The position numbers and the translations under genes were made by a program. 34,565 nucleotides of DNA, taken from assembly GCA_030616265.1 (NCBI GenBank), contig JAUWXS010000001.1, positions 1 through 34,565 on the forward strand. The letters run 5' to 3'. Of this stretch, positions 8,819-16,577 are shown one piece after another (positions within the stretch are counted from its first letter, which is position 1; the number at the start of each line of letters is the position of its first letter). The stretch comes from Dehalococcoidia bacterium (lineage in GTDB: Bacteria; Chloroflexota; Dehalococcoidia; Dehalococcoidales; BS750m-G39). A model generated the notes under the pieces. It did no database searches. It saw nothing but the letters and a program-made list of their open reading frames with translations, and was not told the origin of the DNA.

Positions 8819-9727
8819 ATGCGGGCCACTAAGGAGAACACGGCTAAGCTAGCTATCTTTTCCATTTCCGCCCTGATAGCTATGAAAGTGGTGGCCAGTA
8901 TCGTTACCGGCAGCATCGCCATCAGGGCCGACGCCATCCACAGCGTTATCGACCTGATGGGGGCGATTGTCGGCTTCATCGGCATCAAGATCGCCGGCAG
9001 GCCGCCCGATAGGCAGCACCCCTTCGGCCACGGTAAGGCGGAGAATGTGGCCGGCGTGGTCATCGGCGCCATGATATTTATCGGCGCTGGCACCATCGCC
9101 TACCAAGCGATAACCAGGCTGATTAGCGGTGCCACCGTAGAGTTGATCGCCGTAGGTATCTATGTGACAGCCGCGGCTATAGCCATAAACCTGGCCGTTT
9201 CCTGGTACACCATGAGGGTAGCCCGCGCCACCGATTCCGTAGCCTTAGAAGCCACCGCCCGCGACCTGCTTGCCGATGTGCTCAGCTCGGTGGCGGTGCT
9301 GGTGGGGCTAATGTTAGTCCGGCTCACCGGCATCGCCCTGCTCGACCCCATCGTCGCCCTGCTGGTGGCCATTTTAATCTTCCGCACCGCCTTCCTCACC
9401 ATGAAGAGGTCGTTTGGCGGCCTGATTGATACCAAGCTGCCCAAAACAGAAGAGGACGAGATACTCGCCTGCATCAGTGAGCACGGCGGGCAGCTGGTGG
9501 GTTTTCATAGAATACGCACCCGCAAGGCGGGGAGCCAGCGCTATATTGACTTCCACCTGGTAGTGCCCAAGGATGTTAGCGTGGAAGAGGCGCACCAGCT
9601 ATGCAACGAGCTGGAGCGAGAAATAGAAATCAAGCTGTCTTATACCAGCGTAACCATCCACGTCGAGCCCTGCGACGGCAAGTGCGAGCAGTGCTCTATC
9701 TCCCCCGACCTCTGCCAGCACGCCTAG
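8819..9727 (+). CDS. cation diffusion facilitator (CDF) family metal efflux transporter
   Basis: 302 aa with six TM segments. CDF signatures are ALIAMKVVASIVTGSIAIRADAIHSVIDL and HPFGHGKAENVAG. The cytoplasmic C-terminal domain contains HRIRTRKAGSQRYIDFHLVV...IHVEP. Confidence 0.88.
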   Translation: MRATKENTAKLAIFSISALIAMKVVASIVTGSIAIRADAIHSVIDLMGAIVGFIGIKIAGRPPDRQHPFGHGKAENVAGVVIGAMIFIGAGTIAYQAITRLISGATVELIAVGIYVTAAAIAINLAVSWYTMRVARATDSVALEATARDLLADVLSSVAVLVGLMLVRLTGIALLDPIVALLVAILIFRTAFLTMKRSFGGLIDTKLPKTEEDEILACISEHGGQLVGFHRIRTRKAGSQRYIDFHLVVPKDVSVEEAHQLCNELEREIEIKLSYTSVTIHVEPCDGKCEQCSISPDLCQHA

Positions 9728-10797
9728 CCGAGTCCCTGTACTTCCTTTACCGCCGTCATCAGGCGCTCAATGTTCGGTGACTCAAAGCGGCGCGGCGGCC
9801 CGCCCAGGGGGTCATCAATGGCGCTTTCGCCAAGTAAGACATCAAAGATGGCTTTTACCGAGGCGGCCAGGGCATCGAGGTTGTAGCCCCCCTCCAGGGT
9901 GAGCGCCAGACGCCCGCCACAAAGCTCATCAGCCAGGCCCTTGATAATCCCCGCCATCCGGGCAAAGCCGCTAACGCTCACCTGCATCATGGCCAAGGGG
10001 TCAGCCCAATGGCCGTCATAGCCGGTGGAGACTAAAACAAGCTGGGGTTTAAATCTTTGGGCGGCGGGGACAATAATCTGTTCAAAGACCGCCAGGTATT
10101 CACTATCGCCGCAGCCAGCGGGCAGTGGTATATTAAGGGTGGTTCCCCTCCCCTTTCCGCTGCCGGTTTCCTCAAGGCTGCCCGTCCCGGGGTAGAATGG
10201 ATACTCGTGGGTGGAGATATACATCACATGGGGGTTATCGTAAAAGGCTTGCTGCGTTCCGTTGCCGTGGTGGACGTCAAAGTCAATGATTAAGACGCGC
10301 TCCAGCTTATATTTTTCAAGGGCATACTCGGCGGCAACAGCGATATTGTTAAAGAGGCAGAAGCCCATAGCCTGACCGGAGGTGGCGTGGTGGCCTGGGG
10401 GTCTGACCAGGGCGAAGGCGCTAGCCACCTCCCCACCCATCACCGCCTCCACCGCCCGGATAACGCCGCCAGCGGCATAGAGGGCCGCCTCATAGGAGCG
10501 GGGGGAGACCACAGTATCGGGGTCGAGCCAGCCGCCGCCTTTGGCGGCTTTCTCCTCAATCTCCTTGATATACCCCTTCTGATGGACGAGGGCTATTTCT
10601 TCAACCGAGGCGGGGCGGGGTTCAATCAGGGTTAGCTGTGATTTGAGCCCGGTCTGCTCCAGATGAGAGGCGATGGCATTCAGGCGGGCGGCAGCCTCTA
10701 CGTGCTGTCCGGTGTCGTGCTCAAGATAGATGGGGTGATAGACATAGCCTGCTGACATAGCTGGTCTGATGATAGCAGATACAGGCTCGGTGGGCAA
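9724..10797 (-). CDS. histone deacetylase / acetoin-utilisation (AcuC/AphA) family zinc deacetylase
   Basis: Arginase-deacetylase fold motifs are RPPGHHA, IIDFDVHHGNGTQ and LEGGY. The longest ORF starts with TTG at 10797, and an internal ATG at 10758 (MSAGYVYHPIYLEHD) is an alternative start. The stop overlaps the CDF stop by 4 nt (convergent genes). Confidence 0.85.
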   Translation of the reverse strand: MPTEPVSAIIRPAMSAGYVYHPIYLEHDTGQHVEAAARLNAIASHLEQTGLKSQLTLIEPRPASVEEIALVHQKGYIKEIEEKAAKGGGWLDPDTVVSPRSYEAALYAAGGVIRAVEAVMGGEVASAFALVRPPGHHATSGQAMGFCLFNNIAVAAEYALEKYKLERVLIIDFDVHHGNGTQQAFYDNPHVMYISTHEYPFYPGTGSLEETGSGKGRGTTLNIPLPAGCGDSEYLAVFEQIIVPAAQRFKPQLVLVSTGYDGHWADPLAMMQVSVSGFARMAGIIKGLADELCGGRLALTLEGGYNLDALAASVKAIFDVLLGESAIDDPLGGPPRRFESPNIERLMTAVKEVQGLG

Positions 10798-10826
10798 TTG
10801 AGTTTATCCCCCCGATAGATTATACT
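10798..10826 (+). promoter_or_regulatory. candidate promoter for sufC
   Basis: TTGAGT (10798-10803), 17 nt, TATACT (10821-10826), then GGAGGT 7 nt before the ATG at 10857. Confidence 0.35.
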
Positions 10827-10856
10827 ATTTCTGAGGCAGAGGTCGGAGGTGACAGC

Positions 10857-11573
10857 ATGCTGGAAGTGCAAAAACTTCAGCTAACGCTAAACGGCAACTC
10901 AATAATCAACGGCCTGGACCTCCATGTCGATAAGGGTGAAATACACGGCATACTGGGGGAAAACGGCACCGGCAAGACCACCATCGCCAACCTGATAATG
11001 GGGACGAACAACTACAAGCCCACCGCGGGCAGGATTATCTTTGAGGGGCAGGATATCGCCGGGCTTTCCATTTCTCAGCGGGCACAGAAGGGGATAACCC
11101 TCGCCTGGCAGGAACCGGCCCGGGTGGAGGGGCTGACGGTAAGAGATTACCTCGCCCTTAGCAGCCATAATGGCCAGAGCGACCAGATTGAACGCTATCT
11201 GTGGACGGTGGGGCTGGAGCCGGCGCAGTATCTGGATAGGGACATCGACACCACCCTGAGCGGCGGCGAGAGGAAAAGGATTGAGCTGGCTTCGGTGCTG
11301 GCGATGCGCCCCAAGCTGGCCATACTGGACGAGCCCGACTCGGGCATAGACATTGTCGCCCTGCCCTTGCTACTTAACGGCATCATAGAGATGAACAAGC
11401 AGGGCTCGTCGGTCTTGCTCATCACCCACAGCGAAAGGGTGACCGAAATTTCCCACCGTGTGTCTATATTATGCGCCGGTGCCATAATCAGGACCGGGGT
11501 GCCAGCGGAAACCAGCCAGTGGTTCAAGGATAACTGCCGAACCTGCCTCCACATCAATGAGCCAGAGCACTGA
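10857..11573 (+). CDS. sufC: Fe-S cluster assembly ATPase SufC (ABC-type)
   Basis: 238 aa. Walker A is GENGTGKTT, the signature is LSGGERKRIELA, Walker B is ILDEPDSGIDI and the H-loop is ITHS. It has no TM partner and is followed by an overlapping SufB/D-family gene. Confidence 0.8.
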   Translation: MLEVQKLQLTLNGNSIINGLDLHVDKGEIHGILGENGTGKTTIANLIMGTNNYKPTAGRIIFEGQDIAGLSISQRAQKGITLAWQEPARVEGLTVRDYLALSSHNGQSDQIERYLWTVGLEPAQYLDRDIDTTLSGGERKRIELASVLAMRPKLAILDEPDSGIDIVALPLLLNGIIEMNKQGSSVLLITHSERVTEISHRVSILCAGAIIRTGVPAETSQWFKDNCRTCLHINEPEH

Positions 11574-12537
11574 GGTTAACTTGGTTGGCTACACAGTAGA
11601 AAAAGAATACCAGGGGATGATTGACGCCTACGAGAAAGCGGGCGGCGATAAGCGCGCCCTGCAGACTAAAGACGTCGCCAAACTGGTTGTGCACCAAAAC
11701 AGGGTGCTGAGCAGCGATGGCGTTAAGGGGATAAAAATAGAGACCGAGGAAACCGAGAGCGGGGTCAAGGTCAACCTCACCGTAGAAGAGGGGGCCAAGA
11801 TAGCCCGCCCCATTCACCTCTGCTTCGGCCTTCTCCCCAAGGAAGGCCTGCAGGAAATCATCATGAAGGTGGATGCTCAAGATAACAGCCAGGTAAGTGT
11901 CATTGCCCACTGCATCTTCCCCAACGCCGTCAAGGTGATACACAAGATGGACGCCGACATTGAGATCGGCAATAACGCCCGCTTTGACTATAAAGAGACG
12001 CACTATCACGGCGAGTCGGGGGGCATCGAGGTCATCCCCAAGGCAAAGGTCAGGGTGGGCAAGGGCGGCGTCTGGCAGAGCACCTTTGCTTTAAGCCAGG
12101 GGATGGTGGGCAAGCTCGACTACGATTTTGAGGTCTTCTGCCAGGAAAAGGCGGTCGCCGAACTGACGGTGAAGGCCTACGGCAAGGGGAATGACGATAT
12201 CAAGGTATGGGAAAAAATCCACCTGAACGGAGCCGGCGCCAGGGGCCTGGCCAAGACCCGTCTGGTGCTGAGTAATAAGGCTAAGGCTGAGGTCAAGGGC
12301 GAAACCTACGGCAATGCCCCCTACGCCCGGGGGCACGTTGACTGCATAGAGCTGGTCAACGGCACCGAAGCCGTAGCCAGGGCGATACCCATCGTCTCGG
12401 TAACCGACGGCAGGGCCAAGGTAACCCACGAGGCGGCTATCGGCAGCATAGACCGAAAACAGGTAGAGACCTTAATGGCCAGGGGGCTGGACGAGGACAA
12501 GGCGGTGGACGTTATCGTCAAGGGTATATTGAGGTAG
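11557..12537 (+). CDS. SufB/SufD family Fe-S cluster assembly scaffold protein
   Basis: 326 aa with beta-helix-like repeats. The SufBD-typical C-terminus is GRAKVTHEAAIGSIDRKQVETLMARGLDEDKAVDVIVKGIL. It overlaps sufC by 17 nt. Confidence 0.75.
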   Translation: MSQSTEVNLVGYTVEKEYQGMIDAYEKAGGDKRALQTKDVAKLVVHQNRVLSSDGVKGIKIETEETESGVKVNLTVEEGAKIARPIHLCFGLLPKEGLQEIIMKVDAQDNSQVSVIAHCIFPNAVKVIHKMDADIEIGNNARFDYKETHYHGESGGIEVIPKAKVRVGKGGVWQSTFALSQGMVGKLDYDFEVFCQEKAVAELTVKAYGKGNDDIKVWEKIHLNGAGARGLAKTRLVLSNKAKAEVKGETYGNAPYARGHVDCIELVNGTEAVARAIPIVSVTDGRAKVTHEAAIGSIDRKQVETLMARGLDEDKAVDVIVKGILR

Positions 12538-12567
12538 TCGAAGACTCTTCGAGCTGGAGCAAAAAGG

Positions 12568-13770
12568 ATGTCCTTGGATTTAACCAAGGTGGCGGCGCAG
12601 GTGGGAAGCATGGTCGCCAGGCTGAAAGCCAGCGGCGAGGAAAGACGAAAGCGCCTGCAGACCGCCCTCGATATCATCCAGGATAAGTCCATCGACCTTG
12701 ACCTGCTGAAAAAGAAGATTGACTCAAGCAAGACCACCTGGCTGGTGGCGGGTTTGACCGACGGGCTCGACCCGCACTATTCACCCCCGCCCCTCCCCCC
12801 GGAATTCGCGGTTCTTGCCACCGACGGCTCTCATATCGATGTTGACCGCCACAGGTCAACCCGTTGCTATCTGATAAACATCGGCGCCGTGGTGCTGGGC
12901 TATGGCGCTAACCCCCAGGCTTCTCTCGACAGCTTCCCTGCGCTATATTTCGGGGATGAAGAGCTGGTTATTGCCCCCGACGGCGCCAAGGGCCGGGAGC
13001 AGCCGATAGAAGGCGTCCTTCTGGGCATAAAGCGCGCTGTTGACGAGTGCCACCGTCTGGCGGAACTGGCAAGAGAACTGCCCAGGGATAGCTCAAGCCT
13101 GGCGCTGGTCGACGGCTCATTAATTCTCTGGGGGCTGGCGGGGCAGACCTACCCCGATTTCGTCACCGAGGCGCTTTTGACCAAAGGCTTTCTCCGCCAT
13201 CTTGAGGAGATACGAAAGCTCAATGCCGAAAGGCGGCTGGCTCTGGCCAGCTATATCAGCTTTCCCCGCTCCACCGATGTGGTCAACGCCCTGCGGGTGG
13301 CGCTCTGCCCCCATGACCCCGCCGACTGCGACCGCTACTGCCCCAATAAGGCAAGGGACTGCGATGCGGTAGCCGGCGTTCAGGATAGGGAGCTGTTCGC
13401 CAATATTCTGGACGAAGGCGAGAGGTCGGCACTCTTTACCAGCCAGTCGTCCATCGTGCAGAAGCACTACGGCGGGCACTGGGTCTATTTCTTTTACTTG
13501 AGGGTTGATGGCGAGATAGCGCGGGTGGAGATTCCGCAGTGGGTGGCTCAAGACGAAACCCTGCTCAACCTGACGCACGGGCTGGTTTTGGACCAGTGCC
13601 GGCGGGGGCAGGGCTACCCGGTGGCTTTGAGTGAAGCCCACGAGCAGGCGGTGGTCACCGGCGCCGACAGGGAGACATTCTGGCAGCTGGTGGAATCATT
13701 GCTGGTGGGCGAACATTTGCCCACCCCCACCTCCGCCAAGAGTTTCAGCAAGCGGACAAGGTGGGTGTGA
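12568..13770 (+). CDS. nurA: NurA-domain 5'-3' nuclease (bacterial type)
   Basis: 400 aa. The RNase-H-like acidic motifs are in NurA order: LATDGSHID, a mid-protein acidic helix (AVDECHRL) and LVDGSLILWG. The C-terminal segment is GYPVALSEAHEQAVV. A HerA-type ATPase gene lies downstream on the same strand. Confidence 0.7.
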   Translation: MSLDLTKVAAQVGSMVARLKASGEERRKRLQTALDIIQDKSIDLDLLKKKIDSSKTTWLVAGLTDGLDPHYSPPPLPPEFAVLATDGSHIDVDRHRSTRCYLINIGAVVLGYGANPQASLDSFPALYFGDEELVIAPDGAKGREQPIEGVLLGIKRAVDECHRLAELARELPRDSSSLALVDGSLILWGLAGQTYPDFVTEALLTKGFLRHLEEIRKLNAERRLALASYISFPRSTDVVNALRVALCPHDPADCDRYCPNKARDCDAVAGVQDRELFANILDEGERSALFTSQSSIVQKHYGGHWVYFFYLRVDGEIARVEIPQWVAQDETLLNLTHGLVLDQCRRGQGYPVALSEAHEQAVVTGADRETFWQLVESLLVGEHLPTPTSAKSFSKRTRWV

Positions 13771-13795
13771 TATTATTGGTAAAAAGAAGAGCATA

Positions 13796-14683
13796 ATGAA
13801 GCAGGTACTATTATCAGTTCTAGTTGTCGGGATTCTTCTGTTGAGCGCTTGTGGTGCATCAACTACAGCCCCATCAACTGAAGAGCTAGCACCACCAACC
13901 ATTACCGAAAATCCACTATATATTTACGAAAATGGCGCTGTGCTTGTAGGGGGAGATGATAAGCCCATTGAGTTAATAAATAATCCTAGTGCTACCAATC
14001 CCACTTACGCCGAGCTATTAGTCTTTATTAAAGAGGATCCCACAGACGAGCATCATTATGCCGACAGTGTTGATGTTTACATTGGTGCTGCTGAAGTCCC
14101 TTATGTCTGTAGTGATTTCGCTGAGGACGTTCATAACAATGCTGAAGCCGCAGGAATTAGGGCAGCTTGGGTGAGTATAGACTTTGAAGGAAACGATGAA
14201 GGGCATGCCCTAAACGCCTTTGAGACCACAGATAGAGGACTGGTATATATTGATTGTACTGGGCAAAGATACATTAGTATATTAAAATATTTGCATGTTG
14301 TCGATACCGAGGAGGGATTTAGTCTCATAATTGATAGTCCCACTAGCTGGGATTCTATCGCCTATATTGAGGTTGGCAAAGAATACGGCCTAATACCTCT
14401 AGCTGAAGCTGAATCATTACTATATAGCTTCTATGAAGAATATATGCAGAAGTGGCAAGAATATGAAGAGCTAGTTAGCGAATATAATGCCGAGGTTATA
14501 CAATATAACGAGGAAATTAGCGAGAAGATTTATATTGAAGGATCACCTGAACTAGCAGCGATTGAAGCTTGGGAGGGTAGGCTAGAGGAGAAAACTGAAG
14601 TAATAGATGAGTTGGGCGAAGAGCTCGGTGACTACTGGTTTGAACCACTAGGCATCGTGAAAGAGATGTATATACACTGGTGA
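13796..14683 (+). CDS. lipoprotein with a transglutaminase/papain-like Cys-His-Asp core and an acidic helical tail
   Basis: ATG at 13796. The signal peptide with lipobox is MKQVLLSVLVVGILLLSAC. The TGase-fold pattern is YVCSDFAEDVHNNAEAAGIRAAWVSIDFEGNDEGHALNAFETTDRGLVYIDCT. The C-terminus is E/Y-rich helical. The gene is low in GC. Confidence 0.7.
   Translation: MKQVLLSVLVVGILLLSACGASTTAPSTEELAPPTITENPLYIYENGAVLVGGDDKPIELINNPSATNPTYAELLVFIKEDPTDEHHYADSVDVYIGAAEVPYVCSDFAEDVHNNAEAAGIRAAWVSIDFEGNDEGHALNAFETTDRGLVYIDCTGQRYISILKYLHVVDTEEGFSLIIDSPTSWDSIAYIEVGKEYGLIPLAEAESLLYSFYEEYMQKWQEYEELVSEYNAEVIQYNEEISEKIYIEGSPELAAIEAWEGRLEEKTEVIDELGEELGDYWFEPLGIVKEMYIHW
13833..13877 (+). repeat. 45-nt exact direct repeat, copy 1 (signal peptide/lipobox-coding segment)
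   Basis: ttcttctgttgagcgcttgtggtgcatcaactacagccccatcaa is identical to 14851-14895. Similarity continues for 8 more nt with 1 mismatch. Confidence 0.9.
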
Positions 14684-14698
14684 AAAGGAGAATTAAAA

Positions 14699-14776
14699 AT
14701 GGGAACTAAAGGCAGAAAGAACGTAAAGAAACCCAAGAAATCAAAACTGGAAAAACAGGCCGCCAAGAAGAAATAG
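14699..14776 (+). CDS. 25-aa lysine-rich mini-protein MGTKGRKNVKKPKKSKLEKQAAKKK (copy 1)
   Basis: AAGGAG lies 8 nt upstream of the ATG. A second copy at 15760-15837 differs at 7 of 78 nt: 5 synonymous changes, 1 V-to-I change and 1 stop-to-stop change. Confidence 0.5.
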   Translation: MGTKGRKNVKKPKKSKLEKQAAKKK

Positions 14777-14813
14777 CCATTTTAAGCTCCGAATCGGGGA
14801 GAAAGAGGTTAAA

Positions 14814-15740
14814 ATTAAACGAATATTATTACTAATTCTGGTTACCGGGGTTCTTCTGTTGAGCGCTTGTGGTGCATCAACTACAGCCCCATCAAATGAA
14901 GAGTCATCACCACCTACTACGTCTCCTCCCCCTACTACGACAAATTCTACTCCAGCACTTATAGTCAACCAAACCACGCAGGGGCGGATACAGTGGGATG
15001 AAATATGGCGAGATGAAATTCACATAATCGGTGACATTATCGTTGATGAAGGGTTCACACTTACTATAGAACCCGGCACCAGAGTGCTCGTAGCCGCCAA
15101 TCAGGACTCGGCGAATCTGTTCACCGACCCATTCGATATGCAGCAAGGTATCCGGCCGGAAAACCCGGATGAAGACCCGTATTATAGAGGCGTTCACTTC
15201 GGCGAACCGTTCAGGGACGAGGGCAATCACATCTCTATTCGCATCCATGGCACTCTACACGCGGTGGGCACGCCAGAGCAAATGATCACTATTACCTCTG
15301 ACAGCCCCACTCCGGGCATCTACGACTGGAATCATTTTGATTTCGACAATGGCACCCTCTCTTATTGTATAATGGAGTATTACCGTTGCTTTAACCCCGG
15401 CAATGATACAGTGATCAGCCATAACATCTTGAGAAATGTAGGTGAGTGTGCTGTTTGTTTCTTCTCTGGCCAGTCGGCGCTAGTGAAACATAATAATATT
15501 TCTTACGCTGGACACGAGCTGATTGGTATGGAAAACAGTTCTCCCACAATCCGCAATAACTACCTGGGTCCGAACCCCGACCACGTTGGCATTGTCATCG
15601 ACGGCGGCTCGCCAGAGATTGTCAATAACACCATCGAAGGCTGTTATCACGGCATCTTGTTCATCTCCCCACCAGATACCCCGATTTCTGAAAACAACAC
15701 ATTCATAGATAATAATAAGGACATTGAAAATCCATACTGA
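14814..15740 (+). CDS. lipoprotein with right-handed parallel beta-helix (PbH1-type) repeats; probable non-canonical ATT start
   Basis: The frame is open from 14727, but the first ATG/GTG/TTG is the TTG at 14859, inside the signal peptide. Starting at ATT 14814 (AAGAGG 5 nt upstream) gives (M)KRILLLILVTGVLLLSAC. The beta-helix repeats are NNISYAGHELIGMENSSPTIRNNYLGPNPDHVGIVIDGGSPEIVNNTIEGCYHGILF. Confidence 0.65.
   Translation: MKRILLLILVTGVLLLSACGASTTAPSNEESSPPTTSPPPTTTNSTPALIVNQTTQGRIQWDEIWRDEIHIIGDIIVDEGFTLTIEPGTRVLVAANQDSANLFTDPFDMQQGIRPENPDEDPYYRGVHFGEPFRDEGNHISIRIHGTLHAVGTPEQMITITSDSPTPGIYDWNHFDFDNGTLSYCIMEYYRCFNPGNDTVISHNILRNVGECAVCFFSGQSALVKHNNISYAGHELIGMENSSPTIRNNYLGPNPDHVGIVIDGGSPEIVNNTIEGCYHGILFISPPDTPISENNTFIDNNKDIENPY
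14851..14895 (+). repeat. 45-nt exact direct repeat, copy 2
   Basis: Identical to 13833-13877. Confidence 0.9.
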
Positions 15741-15759
15741 TTCAGAAAGAGGTGTAAAA

Positions 15760-15837
15760 ATGGGAACTAAAGGCAGAAAGAACATAAAGAAGCCCAAGAA
15801 GTCGAAGCTGGAAAAACAGGCCGCCAAGAAAAAATAA
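15760..15837 (+). CDS. 25-aa lysine-rich mini-protein MGTKGRKNIKKPKKSKLEKQAAKKK (copy 2)
   Basis: AAGAGG lies upstream of the ATG. It is a paralogue of 14699-14776. Both copies are followed by CATTT(T)AAGC. Confidence 0.5.
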   Translation: MGTKGRKNIKKPKKSKLEKQAAKKK

Positions 15838-15875
15838 TCATTTAAGCAAATCGTGAAACCTGCGGGGAGGACGAT

Positions 15876-16559
15876 ATGCCGAATGAATATGAAATCAACG
15901 AGCTAGCCAAGGAAGAGTCGTGGCGGATGTTCCGCATCATCGGGGAGCTGGTGGAGGGCTTCGATACCCTCACCGGCATCGAGCCCGCGGTAACCATCTA
16001 CGGCTCGGCACGCCTCAAAGAGGGCGACAAGCTATACGCCCAGACCGAGGAAATAGCCTACCAGCTGGGGCAGCTCGGCTTTTCTATGATAACGGGCGGG
16101 GGGCCGGGGGCGATGGAAGCCGCCAACAGGGGTGCGCTAAAGGCCGGGGTGGAGTCGGTGGGGCTGAATATCGACCTGCCCGAGGAACAGGCCAGCAACG
16201 CCTACACCACCAAGTCGATAACCTTTCACCACTTCTTTGCCCGCAAGGTGATGCTGGTAAAGTATGCCACCGCCTTCGTCATCATCCCCGGGGGACTGGG
16301 CACGCTCGACGAGCTGACCGAGGTGCTGACCCTGATGCAGACCCTCAAAATAAAGCCCTTCCCGGTGATAATATTCAACAGCCAGTACTGGAAGGGATTT
16401 CTGGACTGGCTGAAGAGCTCGGCCCTGGATAAGGGATGCATCTCCAAAGAAGACCTCGACCTGCTCATTGTCTGCGACCGACCCGAAGAGGTGGTCGAGG
16501 CTGTCCAGACCTGGTACACCAAGCACAAGTTAGTCGGCAAGAAGGCGCTGCCCAAGTAA
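15876..16559 (+). CDS. LOG family (TIGR00730-type) nucleotide 5'-monophosphate phosphoribohydrolase
   Basis: 227 aa. The motifs are TIYGSARL, ITGGGPGAMEAANRGA and the LOG signature PGGLGTLDEL. Confidence 0.85.
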   Translation: MPNEYEINELAKEESWRMFRIIGELVEGFDTLTGIEPAVTIYGSARLKEGDKLYAQTEEIAYQLGQLGFSMITGGGPGAMEAANRGALKAGVESVGLNIDLPEEQASNAYTTKSITFHHFFARKVMLVKYATAFVIIPGGLGTLDELTEVLTLMQTLKIKPFPVIIFNSQYWKGFLDWLKSSALDKGCISKEDLDLLIVCDRPEEVVEAVQTWYTKHKLVGKKALPK

Positions 16560-16577
16560 GATGAAGGGAAATTAAAG

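Noticed and set aside
12538-12552. A 15-nt perfect palindrome TCGAAGACTCTTCGA just upstream of nurA.
   Set aside because: It is too short, with a 1-nt centre, to form a stable hairpin. There is no second copy in the window. It could be an operator, but one occurrence is not evidence.
13631-13795. A long-ORF start for lipoprotein A that overlaps the 3' end of nurA by 140 nt.
   Set aside because: The extension is Trp/Pro-rich nonsense in the high-GC nurA region. The ATG at 13796 gives a canonical lipoprotein signal peptide right after an AAGAAGAG purine tract.
14681-14776. Possible TGA read-through fusing lipoprotein A to the mini-ORF, which is in the same frame (TGA AAA GGA GAA TTA AAA ATG).
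   Set aside because: In the second cassette the mini-ORF is in a different frame from lipoprotein B (19 nt between the stop and the ATG). The in-frame arrangement in cassette A is therefore most simply coincidence. Both mini-ORFs have their own RBS.
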